Positions 16,255 through 64,000 of a stretch of DNA of 64,000 nt are shown here, piece by piece (position 1 is the stretch's first letter; each line of letters opens with the position of its first letter). The stretch is from Amoebidium appalachense (taxonomy: Eukaryota; Protista; Ichthyosporea). The position numbers were made by a program, and so were the translations under genes. The notes beneath the pieces are model-generated. The model saw only the letters and a program-made list of their open reading frames with translations. It was not told the DNA's origin and did not search any database. The stretch lies in assembly GCA_963693365.1 (NCBI GenBank), contig CAVNZM010000006.1, positions 7,791,264 to 7,855,263 on the forward strand, read 5' to 3'.

Positions 16255-17308
16255 CCCCACCACCATCACCCAACCTCCCCTCCCCCCTCCCCTCAATATC
16301 CGAGTAGATATGCGAAATTTCAGGTTGGATTGAAATTTGGGCGGGAAGTTTTGGCGCGCAAAAAAGTTTTTTAATAAAACCAAAAAAAAAAAGTAGGAAT
16401 ATCGCTATCGATGAATTTTTCGATGTGGTGCAATTGCATAATGGTGCGATTTAAGGGCCATAGATCCATGTAAGGAGTTACTCGTCAAAGTGTTTATTTG
16501 AATATCTTTCTCCACATGTTTCAGTTTTATGACGTACAATGCAGAAAACTGCACACGGGGTCGTTTGGATACACACACATACATTCTCCTTAGCAGAATA
16601 TTTACACTAAGTCGACATACACATCTATTATTAACTCTAATTGCTAAAGTCCATAATCTTATTGAAAAGCGCAACACTGCAACATCTACAAAACGAGACA
16701 AGTTATGATGCAATGCACAATATCATTGCAGTCACATCAACAAGATTAGGAATATGCAAACTATTTACACATTCGGGCTCTCTGTATACATAAAATGGGC
16801 CACTGTAACTCGTACACCCATATGTGCAGGCCAAGTTGCCCGCTGCATCATGCATGGGGTTGTTTTCTACTCTGAACACACACACACACACACACACACA
16901 CGCGTCTAATGCCCATGAAACAGTACACCCCCCCTATACAAAGAAAACATATTAAGCTACTTGATTTCGGTCGTTTCAGACTTAAAAAAAACCACTAATG
17001 CCAAACAGCTGTGAACTTTTTGTTACCTGGATTCAAGAGTATAAAGCTCAGATGTCAAAAACCAACAATACACCAAAGCACTAAACCAACACTTAGAGCA
17101 TTGGTAATCACATCACTATAGAAGAAATCGATGTCCCAAGACTACTCCCCCCCCCCCCCCAAAAAAAAAAACCAGGAACGAATAGAAAGAAACATGAAAT
17201 CGAGATAATCCACCACCACATCACGTCCCACAAGTAATTGTCCCGCTAATTCAAAATTCCAAATTCCGCACGAGCCTGACAACCACCCAATCACGACGCA
17301 CGCATTGC

Positions 17309-18231
17309 CTACTGCGTCGTCAGCTTCTGGAACGGGCAGAGATTTTCAGACGGAATCCCAGTCGACCAAACGATATCCATTGCAGAGTTAATCAAAACCA
17401 ACTGCCCGTCGGGCCCAAAAATGGCGCGGTTTCCCGGGATGGTGTTTTCGGATCTCCACAGAAGCATGTTCCTCTGGCGGGGATCTTGGGAGCGCATTTC
17501 AAGTCGGCCTGTTGCGGTGTTAAGCTGCATGGGAAATGGGGAAAGGGTTAAATGTATGGCGCGAGATATGACGGAAATGTTGGATTTGCCATCTTGGTTT
17601 GATGGTGGTGTTGGTAGAACGCATATGTGGACCAAATAAAGAGCAACGAGATACAGTTTCATGGAAACTATCTTCAGGTTGTTTTCTTTTCTCTTCTTTT
17701 CTTTTTCTTTCCTTTTCTTTTTCTTTTTTTTTGGTGTGTGTGTGTGTGTCTGGTGGTGGTGGGTGGTGGTGGAGGGGAGGGGGAAGGGATAGGGTAGAGA
17801 GAGAACATTCAACGACCCCGGGCCCACAAACACAGACACACAAAAACAACAACAAAAATACCCCCCCCCCCCCCCCCCTTCCCCCGCGAAAAAAAAAAAA
17901 AAAAAAGAAAATAGAAAAAAACACTCTGGGACCAAATCAAACAGACAGACAGACAGACAGACAAACAAACAAACAAACAAGCAAACAAACCAACCAATCA
18001 AAAACAACCAACTTACCACCAAGACGAGGCCCTTTGTAACAAAGGGCCAAGCACCCGCAGACTTTAGACTCCACAGCACGCCCACAGGCGTCGATATGAC
18101 CATGTTGTGATCTTTCTGCATCGTCAGCTGGTATCCGCACCCACCACTCAGAGATTGTCCCTCGTAGAGAACAGGAACAACCACGGCATTGAGAACTGAA
18201 CCGGAGGTAGTATAGGGGGTGGGGATGAGGG

Positions 18232-18274
<43 letters not shown>

Positions 18275-19128
18275 GGGGGGGGGGAGGGACGAGGTTAGTA
18301 AGAAGAAGGCCCTGTTGAGCTAGTTGTGGCAAAAAGCAGAGGTTCAAGCCGGAAAGGAGCGAGGATAATATGCATCCTCCCCCCCCCCCCCCTCCTCCCC
18401 CTCCCGAGGGTGTGTCTATGGGTACAGGGAGGTAATAGTACTGTGAAGTATAATTGTTGGGGGGAAAAAAACATGGGCAGGAGCAACACAACTAGGATCG
18501 CAAAAGAAAAAAAACGAAAGATGACTGTTATCCCGCCCCCTCTTCTCACAAAAAAAAAAGGGGGGGGGGGGGGGGGGGGGGGGGGGGGAGGGGGGGTTTT
18601 CCAAGAACCTACCTGCTCTGACATTTGCGCCTCCCTGCACGTAGAGGTCAGGGTTGTAAGCCAGTTTTGGGAGGCCGTTGGGGTTATTCATAGACACAGG
18701 CCTTGGCTTGGCCACCAGCGCGGCAACATTATTCGCAGTGGCGGCAACACCGGTTCCCCTTGGTGCGGACCCCGGCATGGGTAGAACGGGAATATAAGGA
18801 AGTTGGGCTGATGATGCTTGGGTGGGTCGCACGCTGTAGTTTGAATTGGCGCCAGGGTTTGCGGTGAAGATGGGTTGGCTTGCTGGGGTGGCTTGGACAG
18901 GTGTGAAAGCTGCTTGCCCGACACGCGTTGGTGTGGGTGCTGTGGTGAGAAGGTGCTGGATTAGAAGAGATGCATGGGGATGGGTAGGTGGCATCTTGCA
19001 CAGGGGCTTCTAGGAAAAGGACAAACGTGAATATGGGGGACAGAGTGTTGAACCTTAGAATGAGCGATGGGCCTGTGAAATATGAAAAGGCATTGTACAG
19101 ACGGTTGCATGATAGGTTGCTCGGCACG

Positions 19129-19203
<75 letters not shown>

Positions 19204-20102
19204 AAAAACAAAAAAAAACTTGCCTGCCGGACAGCAACCACGACAACATCAACAGCACACACAATCATTGCAGGGTTGGTTACCGAGCTAAAAATATTGA
19301 AAAAATGTTGAAAAAAGGCGGGAGGTGGAAAAGAAATAGAATTGCACGAAAACTCGTTCTGTGGGCAACAACAACAACGGGACGGGGTCATCGAGAACAA
19401 CTAAGTGCCCCCTGCAAACCAACACCCCGGCTTAAGTCATCCAAAAAAAAAAAAAAAAAAAAAAAATTTTTTTTTTCAAAGAAGGAAATGGAATTGGACA
19501 CCGAAAAGGAACTTATGTCGTTTGCAAACCAACACCTTGGCCCGAGCCATTCAACGGTTTGACAGCAAGCATAGAAAAAGCAGGCAAAAAAAAGAAAAAG
19601 ATAAAGAATAAAAAAAAAGTTACACAACCAAACCAATACCTGCGTCTTGACCCGCCGCCTGCTGGCCCGTCACGAGCGCCATCTGCTTCTCTGCCTCCGC
19701 CTGCGCTTTTATCGCCGCCAACTGCGCCTGGTCCGCGATTCCATCTGTCGTTGTTGGGTTCTGGGCAACACCTGTGCCTGTCTGGCCCCCATTTGCTGCT
19801 GAATTCGCATCAAACATGTCCTCTGCAGGGGTCTCAGTTGTCGGCGCGGGTTCCGATGTTCCCATTGTGTAATCACCGATGACCATGCGGAGAAACTCAT
19901 CGTAGGAGAGTTTTTTATCCTTGTTCAAGTCGTAACCTTGGTCTACGAAGAGTTGAAGGTCCTCCGGTTTTAGATCATTGAAAACGGCGGTCCAGTAAGA
20001 GTTGTCTTCTGGACTTATGGTCGTAGCAGCTCTGACTTGCAATGAATGACAGTGGCTTGTTAGGGCCAGAACTAATCCGACCGTGACAGAAAGGATCTTC
20101 AT
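17309..20102 (-). CDS. Secreted protein: signal peptide, EF-hand, P/T/A-rich linker, C-terminal bulb-type (GNA/B-) lectin domain, ~394 aa
   Basis: Exons 20102-19640, 18939-18613, 18195-18017 and 17524-17309, phases consistent. N-terminal MKILSVTVGLVLALTSHCHS; EF loop DLNKDKKLSYDE; lectin repeats LYEGQSLSGGCGYQLTMQKDHNMVIS...VLWS and GPDGQLVLINSAMDIVWST. Extra small exons in intron 1 cannot be excluded. Confidence 0.8.
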
Positions 20103-22185
20103 GTCGCCGGTTTGGTTTTTTATGGTGCTTGTATGTGTATTTATGATACAAGTGCCCTTTTGAGATGGAGATCTAAAAAGACTAAAGATCTAAAGAGTGG
20201 ATTTTGTGATTGGTGAGCGCTCTTGCTTGTCGCAACAAGCTCTGTTAAAAACAGCGACAGATGTGGGTTTTGGTCGCAGAACGTTTTTCTTTTGACTCAC
20301 TATCACTGTGACCAGAAGAGAGCGTATAAGGCCCCGTGCAGTTTCAAAGAAAAAATAAAAAATTAAAACACCAACAGCACCAGAAAAAGGAACACAGGAG
20401 GGAGAAAAAAATCTTTGTGATAAGCGGGTTCTAATATCAGTAGCCACGCTTCTTGACAGTGAAAGAGTTCGGTAAAATCTCACAAACTCTGCTTGGTTAG
20501 CTTGCTTGGTTACCATGCACAAAACAAAAAAAAAAAGTCCACTCAGCACACAAGCAGCAAGGCTGAGGCGAGGCAAAACTGGGTGCGTGGGCCCACTGGG
20601 CCCGGTGTGGCAGTCTTCAGTGCACTTTTTCTGTGATTTGAAATCTTATAAGAGGTCGTCGTGAATCAGAAAGTGCAGATCTGATGTTTGATTGGTGGAA
20701 ATCGTACCATGAATCCCAGCAGATTTACACCCGATGGGGGAAACCCCTTTAGGCCACACTCCGCAAGAAGACATCATCCCTTTTCTTTATGTTTTTTTTT
20801 TTTCTTTCTCTTGACTGGGATTTATTGATCAGTGGTCCAGTGGATTTAAAGGCAACGTGCAGCCACAGGCTACATGACCACCAAAATAACCGACTTCGAA
20901 AGAGCAACAGCGATGAAATAAAAAATAAAACAACAAGTGACAAAGGACACCAGCGGGCAAAGGTACAAGTGCACGTGTATGCGTGAAACTAGTTTGCTCT
21001 CAACTAGTCATATGCAGCGATGATGACCAGGCCACACTCCGCAAGAAGACATCATTACTGCTGCCCCCCAACAGGCCCCCCTCAAAACCTACCGGGGCAC
21101 AGCAAGCAAGTCAGCCCTTTAAAGAGCAATGCAGGCCAAATCCGAGCGAGAAAACAATCCCCACGGGCCCGTCCCCTAGAAAACCCGCAGAAGCTGTCTC
21201 TAACTCTTTGATAAGGTGGCCTAGTTGTGGCAGGACACACAGGAAAACACAACTACAGAATGCATGCAAGCAAACCCAGTCATTGCCGGCCTAAAAAGCC
21301 TTAAGAGACGTGAGCTCAAGCTGCAATCTAATGTGTAGCTGCCTGACTTTATAATATGTAGGCTGTCAACGTCAAATGAAAAGGGTTGCTTTTGTTTAAA
21401 AGTATTTAAAGTAAACATTTGGGCGAAAATTCGCAGAAAGGTGATTAGTGGCAAGCGCGAATGTTGATTGGTGTACTGCTCAGACCTTGCCGCAAGTTGC
21501 AACCCCTGGGCCAAAAGGATTCCTGAATCCTGAAGCGCTTTGAATTGATATGTACTACGAAAAGTAAAAAGAATAAAGTTTTACATGGCTCCATTTTATG
21601 ATAATATTGGGTGTGTAAAGGTTGCTAGAAGGAAGGTCATTCCAGACTGGCGTGCCTTACAATAGCTCTGCGCTCACAGTGCTGCATAGTTTGTTCCAAA
21701 TCTTAGATGACGAACTTTTCGCGGAATCATAATGTATCCACATGAACATCACTATATAGTATCTGTTGTAACAATCCACAAGTTTCAGTCTAACAAAAAG
21801 AACTGCAAGAGCTTGTATGATTTCACTTCCCTAACAAAAAAAAAAAAAAAAAAAAAAAAAGGCTCTGCGAGCAAAGGCCAGCTTACACGGTACGGACGTG
21901 TGTAAATGTGTATGGCTCAGGTATGGTATCAAAAAAGCTTTTCGGTTGAACTTGAGCTTTACTACTTTTTTACGTATACATATCCTGTAGGGGGTTTACG
22001 CTGTTTACTCGAGGCAAAGAGAACCAGTCTCAGGTATGGGGGGGGGGGTTTTGCTCGGAATATCCCCTCAGCGGTATATCATGATCACGTACATAGATGT
22101 CGGGTGGTGACTATATATCAGGGTTTACTTTCTCTACGAGACACCATAAAGACTACAAGGAGAAATCAATTAGTTGGGGTTCCCC

Positions 22186-22186
<1 letters not shown>

Positions 22187-22228
<42 letters not shown>

Positions 22229-22260
22229 GGGCTCCCCTCGGGACACTCGGTATCAGCTGG

Positions 22261-22323
<63 letters not shown>

Positions 22324-24060
22324 TGCGCTATAATTTTGTAGTGATGTGTTTCTCAAGCCAATCAATACATCTAATAAACAGGTCGTAGTTACGCGTGTTT
22401 AGTATAAAATCAAGGATGTTGTAATTTACAGGTAGGCTATCTTTCTGGGTGTCTGTTGTGAATGTGACGTGTGTGTGTTGCGGTATTATGTGGTCTATCA
22501 AACTACATTTGGCGATACATGACCGGTTAAACTGGTGTGTGTGTGTGTTGTTTGGGCATGCAAATGATGCCACCTTATACTTATTAGATCTCCACTGTAT
22601 AGCACGTGTACAGTAAAAGCGTGGTAATTGATCAATAATACCATCAGCTAGAGAAAGACCAGTTCTACAGGAAGGTAATATGTATTTAGGTGTTATACAC
22701 TTGCGAGTGCCATATTTGGCAATATGGTTGAGGCGGTCAGTATATATAAAACGAGACATAAGGCTTAGTTTTTCAAGGTGTATGCTTTCATCGGGTCTAG
22801 TGTCGTGTGGTATCTTTTTCCATTTGTTATATTGCGTGATTATCTTGTGATTGTGTACATGTTTAATAAGTAAGTGGCAGTCCAAAGTCACACACACACT
22901 ATTGCGGGGTTTATTTGTATTTGTGCCCAGGGGAGAAGGGGAGAGAGAGGGGAGGAAAGAGGGGAGAGGTGAGGAGGGGACAGGTCGGATAGAGAAGAGA
23001 GGGTGGGAGGGCAAATACTTCTTTAAGCGGCTTATGTGCTTATTGAATTTCAGCGCGAGATAGGATACTCTAGCAGCTATTGGGACCAGACCATATATCG
23101 AGAGCGTTACAGGCCCAGGTTTACAACAGTTGTTAGATAGAAAGGAGGCAACTTCTGCTTCAAGGAAATTTGCCAAGGGTTTAAGCGCTCTAGTTCTCTC
23201 TTTCTTGATCCAAGCGGCGAGAAGGGGTAAACCATATTCACATGCCGGGAAGACAAAAGTGCGAATAAATGTAAGTCTAATAGAAGGATGGAGGGGTGTG
23301 TCTTTAAAAATATTAGCCGAGAAGAAAGCTAACCGCTTACGAGCCAACTCTACCCTCTTTTCGACCATATGGGGAAACATAACACCAACAGAATCAACCG
23401 GAACACCAAGATATTTGTATTCTGGAACTATAGGTACAGGTTTAGATGATAATGTAAATGTGTGTAAATTGTTAGCTATATCAGGTACAAGAACACCACA
23501 TTTGTCTATGTTAAGGATCATAAGGTTTGCCTTGCACCACTCTGACACTACATCGAACAATCTTTGCAGGCGTCTAGGGGTACGGGCAAGGAGGGACAGA
23601 TCATCAGCATAGAGAAGTGCAGGCGGAAAGTTATTAATAGGGTCATCGTTTTCGGCGTAAATCTTGACAGCCAAATCATCTATAAATAGGTTAAACAAAA
23701 AGGGGCTAAGCAATGAACCCTGCAAGAGACCTCTAGTACGAGCAAAACCATATGAAAGATGCCCATTAACCACAGCTCTACCATAGGTTTGAGACAAGAG
23801 TGCTTCTAACAGAACACCAATGCAGTGTGGTACACCCCGTGCAGCAAGCTTTTCCCATAGGAGACCAGGGGAGACAGAATCGTAAGCAGTTTTCCAATCA
23901 ATAAAGCCAACATATTGTGCACCAACTTGCATAGAATCGTGCAGTGCCATTATTTGAACATAACATGAATTGTTTTTACGAAAAGCGGATTGGCATGGGT
24001 GTATGTGAAGAATAGATTGAAACCTAGGGTGATGTGCAAATAACCTGTAACTCTCAGTCT
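22187..24060 (-). mobile_element. 5'-truncated non-LTR retrotransposon (LINE) with 3' UTR and poly(A) tail
   Basis: The RT ORF is followed by a ~100 bp 3' UTR containing (CA)n and a 38-nt A tail (T run 22187-22224 on +). No endonuclease domain is present upstream, and no target-site duplication was found. Confidence 0.9.
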
Positions 24061-24073
24061 TTGTTCGAATCAT
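22328..24073 (-). CDS. Non-LTR reverse transcriptase, partial ORF2 (581 uninterrupted codons; the nominal start is probably in flanking DNA)
   Basis: Motifs QSAFRK, FIDWKTAYDSV, GLLQGSLLSPFLFNLFIDDL, LLYADDL and YKYLGV, plus a C-terminal Cys/His cluster (CPNNTHTHQFNRSCIAKC). No introns. Confidence 0.92.
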   Translation of the reverse strand: MIRTKTESYRLFAHHPRFQSILHIHPCQSAFRKNNSCYVQIMALHDSMQVGAQYVGFIDWKTAYDSVSPGLLWEKLAARGVPHCIGVLLEALLSQTYGRAVVNGHLSYGFARTRGLLQGSLLSPFLFNLFIDDLAVKIYAENDDPINNFPPALLYADDLSLLARTPRRLQRLFDVVSEWCKANLMILNIDKCGVLVPDIANNLHTFTLSSKPVPIVPEYKYLGVPVDSVGVMFPHMVEKRVELARKRLAFFSANIFKDTPLHPSIRLTFIRTFVFPACEYGLPLLAAWIKKERTRALKPLANFLEAEVASFLSNNCCKPGPVTLSIYGLVPIAARVSYLALKFNKHISRLKKYLPSHPLFSIRPVPSSPLPSFLPSLSPSPLGTNTNKPRNSVCVTLDCHLLIKHVHNHKIITQYNKWKKIPHDTRPDESIHLEKLSLMSRFIYTDRLNHIAKYGTRKCITPKYILPSCRTGLSLADGIIDQLPRFYCTRAIQWRSNKYKVASFACPNNTHTHQFNRSCIAKCSLIDHIIPQHTHVTFTTDTQKDSLPVNYNILDFILNTRNYDLFIRCIDWLEKHITTKL

Positions 24074-24592
24074 TCTTGGTCTTTTTTACAGAAACGCCTC
24101 TAGAGTCCAAAAGGGGTTACATGTGTGTGGATTATACAAATAAAGACCCCTGTTGTATTTTATAGGGTATTGTTTAGTTAAACTCGTACATACTGTGTAT
24201 AGATAGTTGTACAATAGTATCAAAAGAGGCGAGAGGCAGCATGATCATCTGACCGGGCCGAGGCAAGGTAAGCCGTCCTCGAACAAGATGTTAGATACTA
24301 TCATAGCACAATCATATCAGGGTGTGAAACTTGTTATACATAGTGCTGTTTAGCAAAAATTTCCCAGTCTGGACGACCCAAATAGAGGCGCCAACAGCCT
24401 TTAGGGAGCTCCTTTAGGAGTATTTTAGTATATTTGGGCATTTTAGGGTCAGTGGTTGTAAACTCAGTGGATTTACTTTCAAATAGAGCCCCAAAATTTT
24501 ACGGACACTTTTCGGCCCTTCTGGGACATTGATCTGTGGCACATGTACATGTACAAACCCCATATTTTCACAGCCTGTAGCACATGAACGCG

Positions 24593-24629
24593 ATTGGTTG
24601 TTTAAGCTTCCAAAATTTTGGCGGGAAAA
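24593..24629 (+). promoter_or_regulatory. E2F-type site TTTTGGCGGGAAAA with an adjacent inverted CCAAT box, ~420 bp upstream of the kleisin-like ATG
   Basis: ATTGG at 24593-24597 and ttttggcgggaaaa at 24616-24629. Function is inferred only; the motif could be transposon-derived. Confidence 0.3.
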
Positions 24630-25048
24630 TTTTGACACGTAGGTGACGGGTCGTTACAAACAGGAAAACAGGAAACGACAAATGATTTCTACAACTTGTA
24701 CTACGTAGTAAATAAATGTATATAAATGTATGTATGTATGGATATATAATATATATGGTGTGGTTTACTGGACTTCAGAGTGTCTGCCATATCAATACAT
24801 GTCGGGCCCACCCCCACTTGATTATGCACAGTGCACATGCATGCCTTGTGTGCGCGTCTATCAACCATCAAACAATCTTCGGAACAACTAAGTCACCTGT
24901 TTCGACATATTATTCCCGAAAGCTAAAAAAAAAACGTACCTCATTCACAGCTCTCTCGTTCATAGTCGTTGAGAGAAACCACAGAGATCCAAAGGTCGTA
25001 ATGCATCTTCCCTCCCCAGCCTTTAGGCCTTCGGAAAAAACGTAAACG

Positions 25049-46464
<21,416 letters not shown>

Positions 46465-47240
46465 TAATGTTTATAAAACTATTAAAAAAGTAGGAACTTC
46501 GATGATGTGTGACTTCACTATATTACGTAGCATTGGTTGTTTCGATTCATAAGAATGTAGTTGTGCACAGACATGTATAGTCACGGATATGTACAAGCAT
46601 GTACTTATCAGTCACTTTTAGTGCTGTCTACCCGTTTTTAGTTTGCCGGCATTCAACTTTACTACTAACAGGTAATTGGATGTATGTACATACGCAGTAC
46701 AGGATTTCGATATGTACGTAAACGTATACAACCCCAAGAAATCATGCCACTATTCTCGTTCCACCATGTCTATACAACGTATACCTACCACATATAAATA
46801 TTATCACTAGCTTGTAAGGTTGCCACAACGAGCTTCCTTTTTAAGCAAGGGCTGGTACGGTACGTACACGCAAAGATTGGCATGTATCATACTAATACAA
46901 AAGACATCAGGGAAAAAAGTTGTGATGAATTCTATTTAGATCGCAGCATCAGACAGGGCTAAAAATGGATACCTAGTACAATTGCCATAGACAAAAAACG
47001 TTAAAGTTATAAAATGGTCAAAGCAAACAACATTCATTCATCCAAATGCGATCGGTCACTGACTTTGCATCTTGCAGGCCACAGTTGCATTCAATTCTTC
47101 AATGCATACATTATGTAGCAATACAAAAGATAAACGAGCTTGCCGATTAGTCTTATCCAAACATGCATTTGCCTTCCTTTACGGGATTAGAGGAGCCCAT
47201 TATGAGAAGGACCGGGCTCGGCGCGCAGCACACACACACA

Positions 47241-47331
<91 letters not shown>

Positions 47332-47547
47332 GCTAATATTGTAACATACCCATGTACATTGGTGTTGGCATAGGTATCTACTTTGACATGTACATTAGGA
47401 GTGCTTCTTGATTGAATTAATTTTCACCTTATAGCTCCACTCTTAGCCTCTTGACAATGTTTCCGGTATTCCATGCATGCACCCGTTCGTTCAAAGGTGC
47501 ACCCGTTGTTTTTCCTGCCCCTTCCACCCACCCCAACTTTACTTCCA

Positions 47548-53481
<5,934 letters not shown>

Positions 53482-54158
53482 GTTTTAGTAATGTGGCCAC
53501 GGAACCCAGATGGAAAGCGTGTCTAAATGGCACCCCGTATTCAATAGCCTCGCAAGGAGAGCTCACAAACGCTTTCTGCGAAACTACATGCTTTCAACGT
53601 ATACTATGATGGGCACCACTTGAGTAAAACATTTAATTTATTTTGAAGAGAACATCTATAAAAAAAGAAAACACTGGCTTGCGGCTAGCCCCCAACGCGA
53701 CTAGTCTTATCTAAAATGACGTCTTCAAGGATATCTAGCTAGGACTGATGTAGGGTATTTAGAGCTTAGTAAGTTTTCATTTGTAGGCTATTTTGTGGGA
53801 TTACGCAACCAACTGGACACGATCAGCGGAGACTGTGAGTGCTGTTGTTTTAGGAATTGTTATGAGGAGAAACGTACGTATGTTAACGCGTGAGGAAAGG
53901 GATCTTTGGGCACACATTGTTACAGTTTGAATGCTTCATTTCTTTTCATTTTCTTTTTCTTTTGACCTTTTGGCTTACATAGGATTAGGTACGCTTCTAC
54001 TTGAGTTGTCTGAAGGCAAAGCCGGCTAGAGAAATCCCTGTGTACATCGGACACATCTTATTGGAATTTCACACAACGGGTTATTTATTCCGGTTTTTTT
54101 CCCCAAAAAGACAACCGTTCAAGGCAGTAGATGTCTGCTGGGCAATGTCGTTTCAAAC
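53482..54158. promoter_or_regulatory. Probable bidirectional promoter between the F-box/LRR gene and the MYPT-like gene
   Basis: Divergent ATGs are ~680 bp apart, with a repeat-free interval. Confidence 0.5.
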
Positions 54159-63297
<9,139 letters not shown>

Positions 63298-64000
63298 TCC
63301 GATTAGCACCCGAAAAGTTGATCCGATTAGCACCGGTTAGACGTGATCGAGACCGATCTTAGCGGGCTGTGTCCCTCGAGCAAGTTAATGGGGCGCTGTG
63401 GATTGGTGATATCTTTAAGATGATCACAGGCGTAAAATCGCAAAGGTTTTCGTGGTTAAACGGATTGACATTTTCTTGTACGTATGGTTTTCCTGTTTTG
63501 GTTTGTTGTCTATGCCTTTTCCTGTAAAAAAAAATTTCCCATTTTATTACGTGCGTGGGCGGGAGCAAAGATGATGTATATGGTGGCAGTGCCTGTTGCT
63601 GATGTATGACTTGGTTATATATAACTGTTGTGGCTTAGCATTTCTTCGTGTCTTTCAGGCTTACAGGGGGATAGAAGGGATTAGTCGTGATCCTTGTCTT
63701 TGGTTTATTTTTCCTGCTATCTAAAATTAAATTTTGGTTTTAATGTTTGAGCAGTATAGTGAGCGGATTCTCTCGGAAGTGATGGGTGGGGTGGGATACA
63801 ACCACAAATAGTCCTTGATAGGAAGCGTCTGTGTGTGTGTGTGAGGGGGATGGGGGGGGGGGGGAGGGGGAGGGGGGAGGGGGGGGGGGGACTAATAACC
63901 GCTATTAGAACGACCGAATGATGATTTGTACATCTTCAGAATCTGTAAAGATTTGTATGCTGTTTATAGAGTAGGGAATTTGTGAGATTTAGCTTAATTG

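Overview
Intron-rich eukaryotic DNA, probably from an opisthokont (possibly a unicellular holozoan; the taxon is an inference). Introns are full of poly-G/poly-C, (CA/TG)n and (GA/TC)n tracts, so almost all of the supplied six-frame ORFs are low-complexity artefacts. Splicing by hand with GT-AG boundaries and consistent phases recovers seven host genes: (1) the 3' end of a phospholipase D; (2) TMED10/p24-delta, head-to-head with (3) a POLE4-like histone-fold gene; (4) a secreted EF-hand plus bulb-type lectin protein; (5) a ~21 kb gene that looks like a strongly diverged CAP-H/Brn1 (gamma-kleisin) protein; (6) an F-box/LRR gene, head-to-head with (7) a MYPT/PPP1R12-16-like ankyrin protein. Mobile and repeat DNA includes a 5'-truncated LINE with an open RT frame, a Tc1/mariner-type MITE, a dispersed intronic repeat family and several minisatellites. 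The most interesting observations are the atypical kleisin, the MYPT-like protein with degenerate PP1 motifs and a large insert, mirror-complementary intron architecture (G/GT at the 5' end, C/AC at the 3' end), and repeated duplications that straddle splice sites. All homologies are by-eye recognition, not database results.
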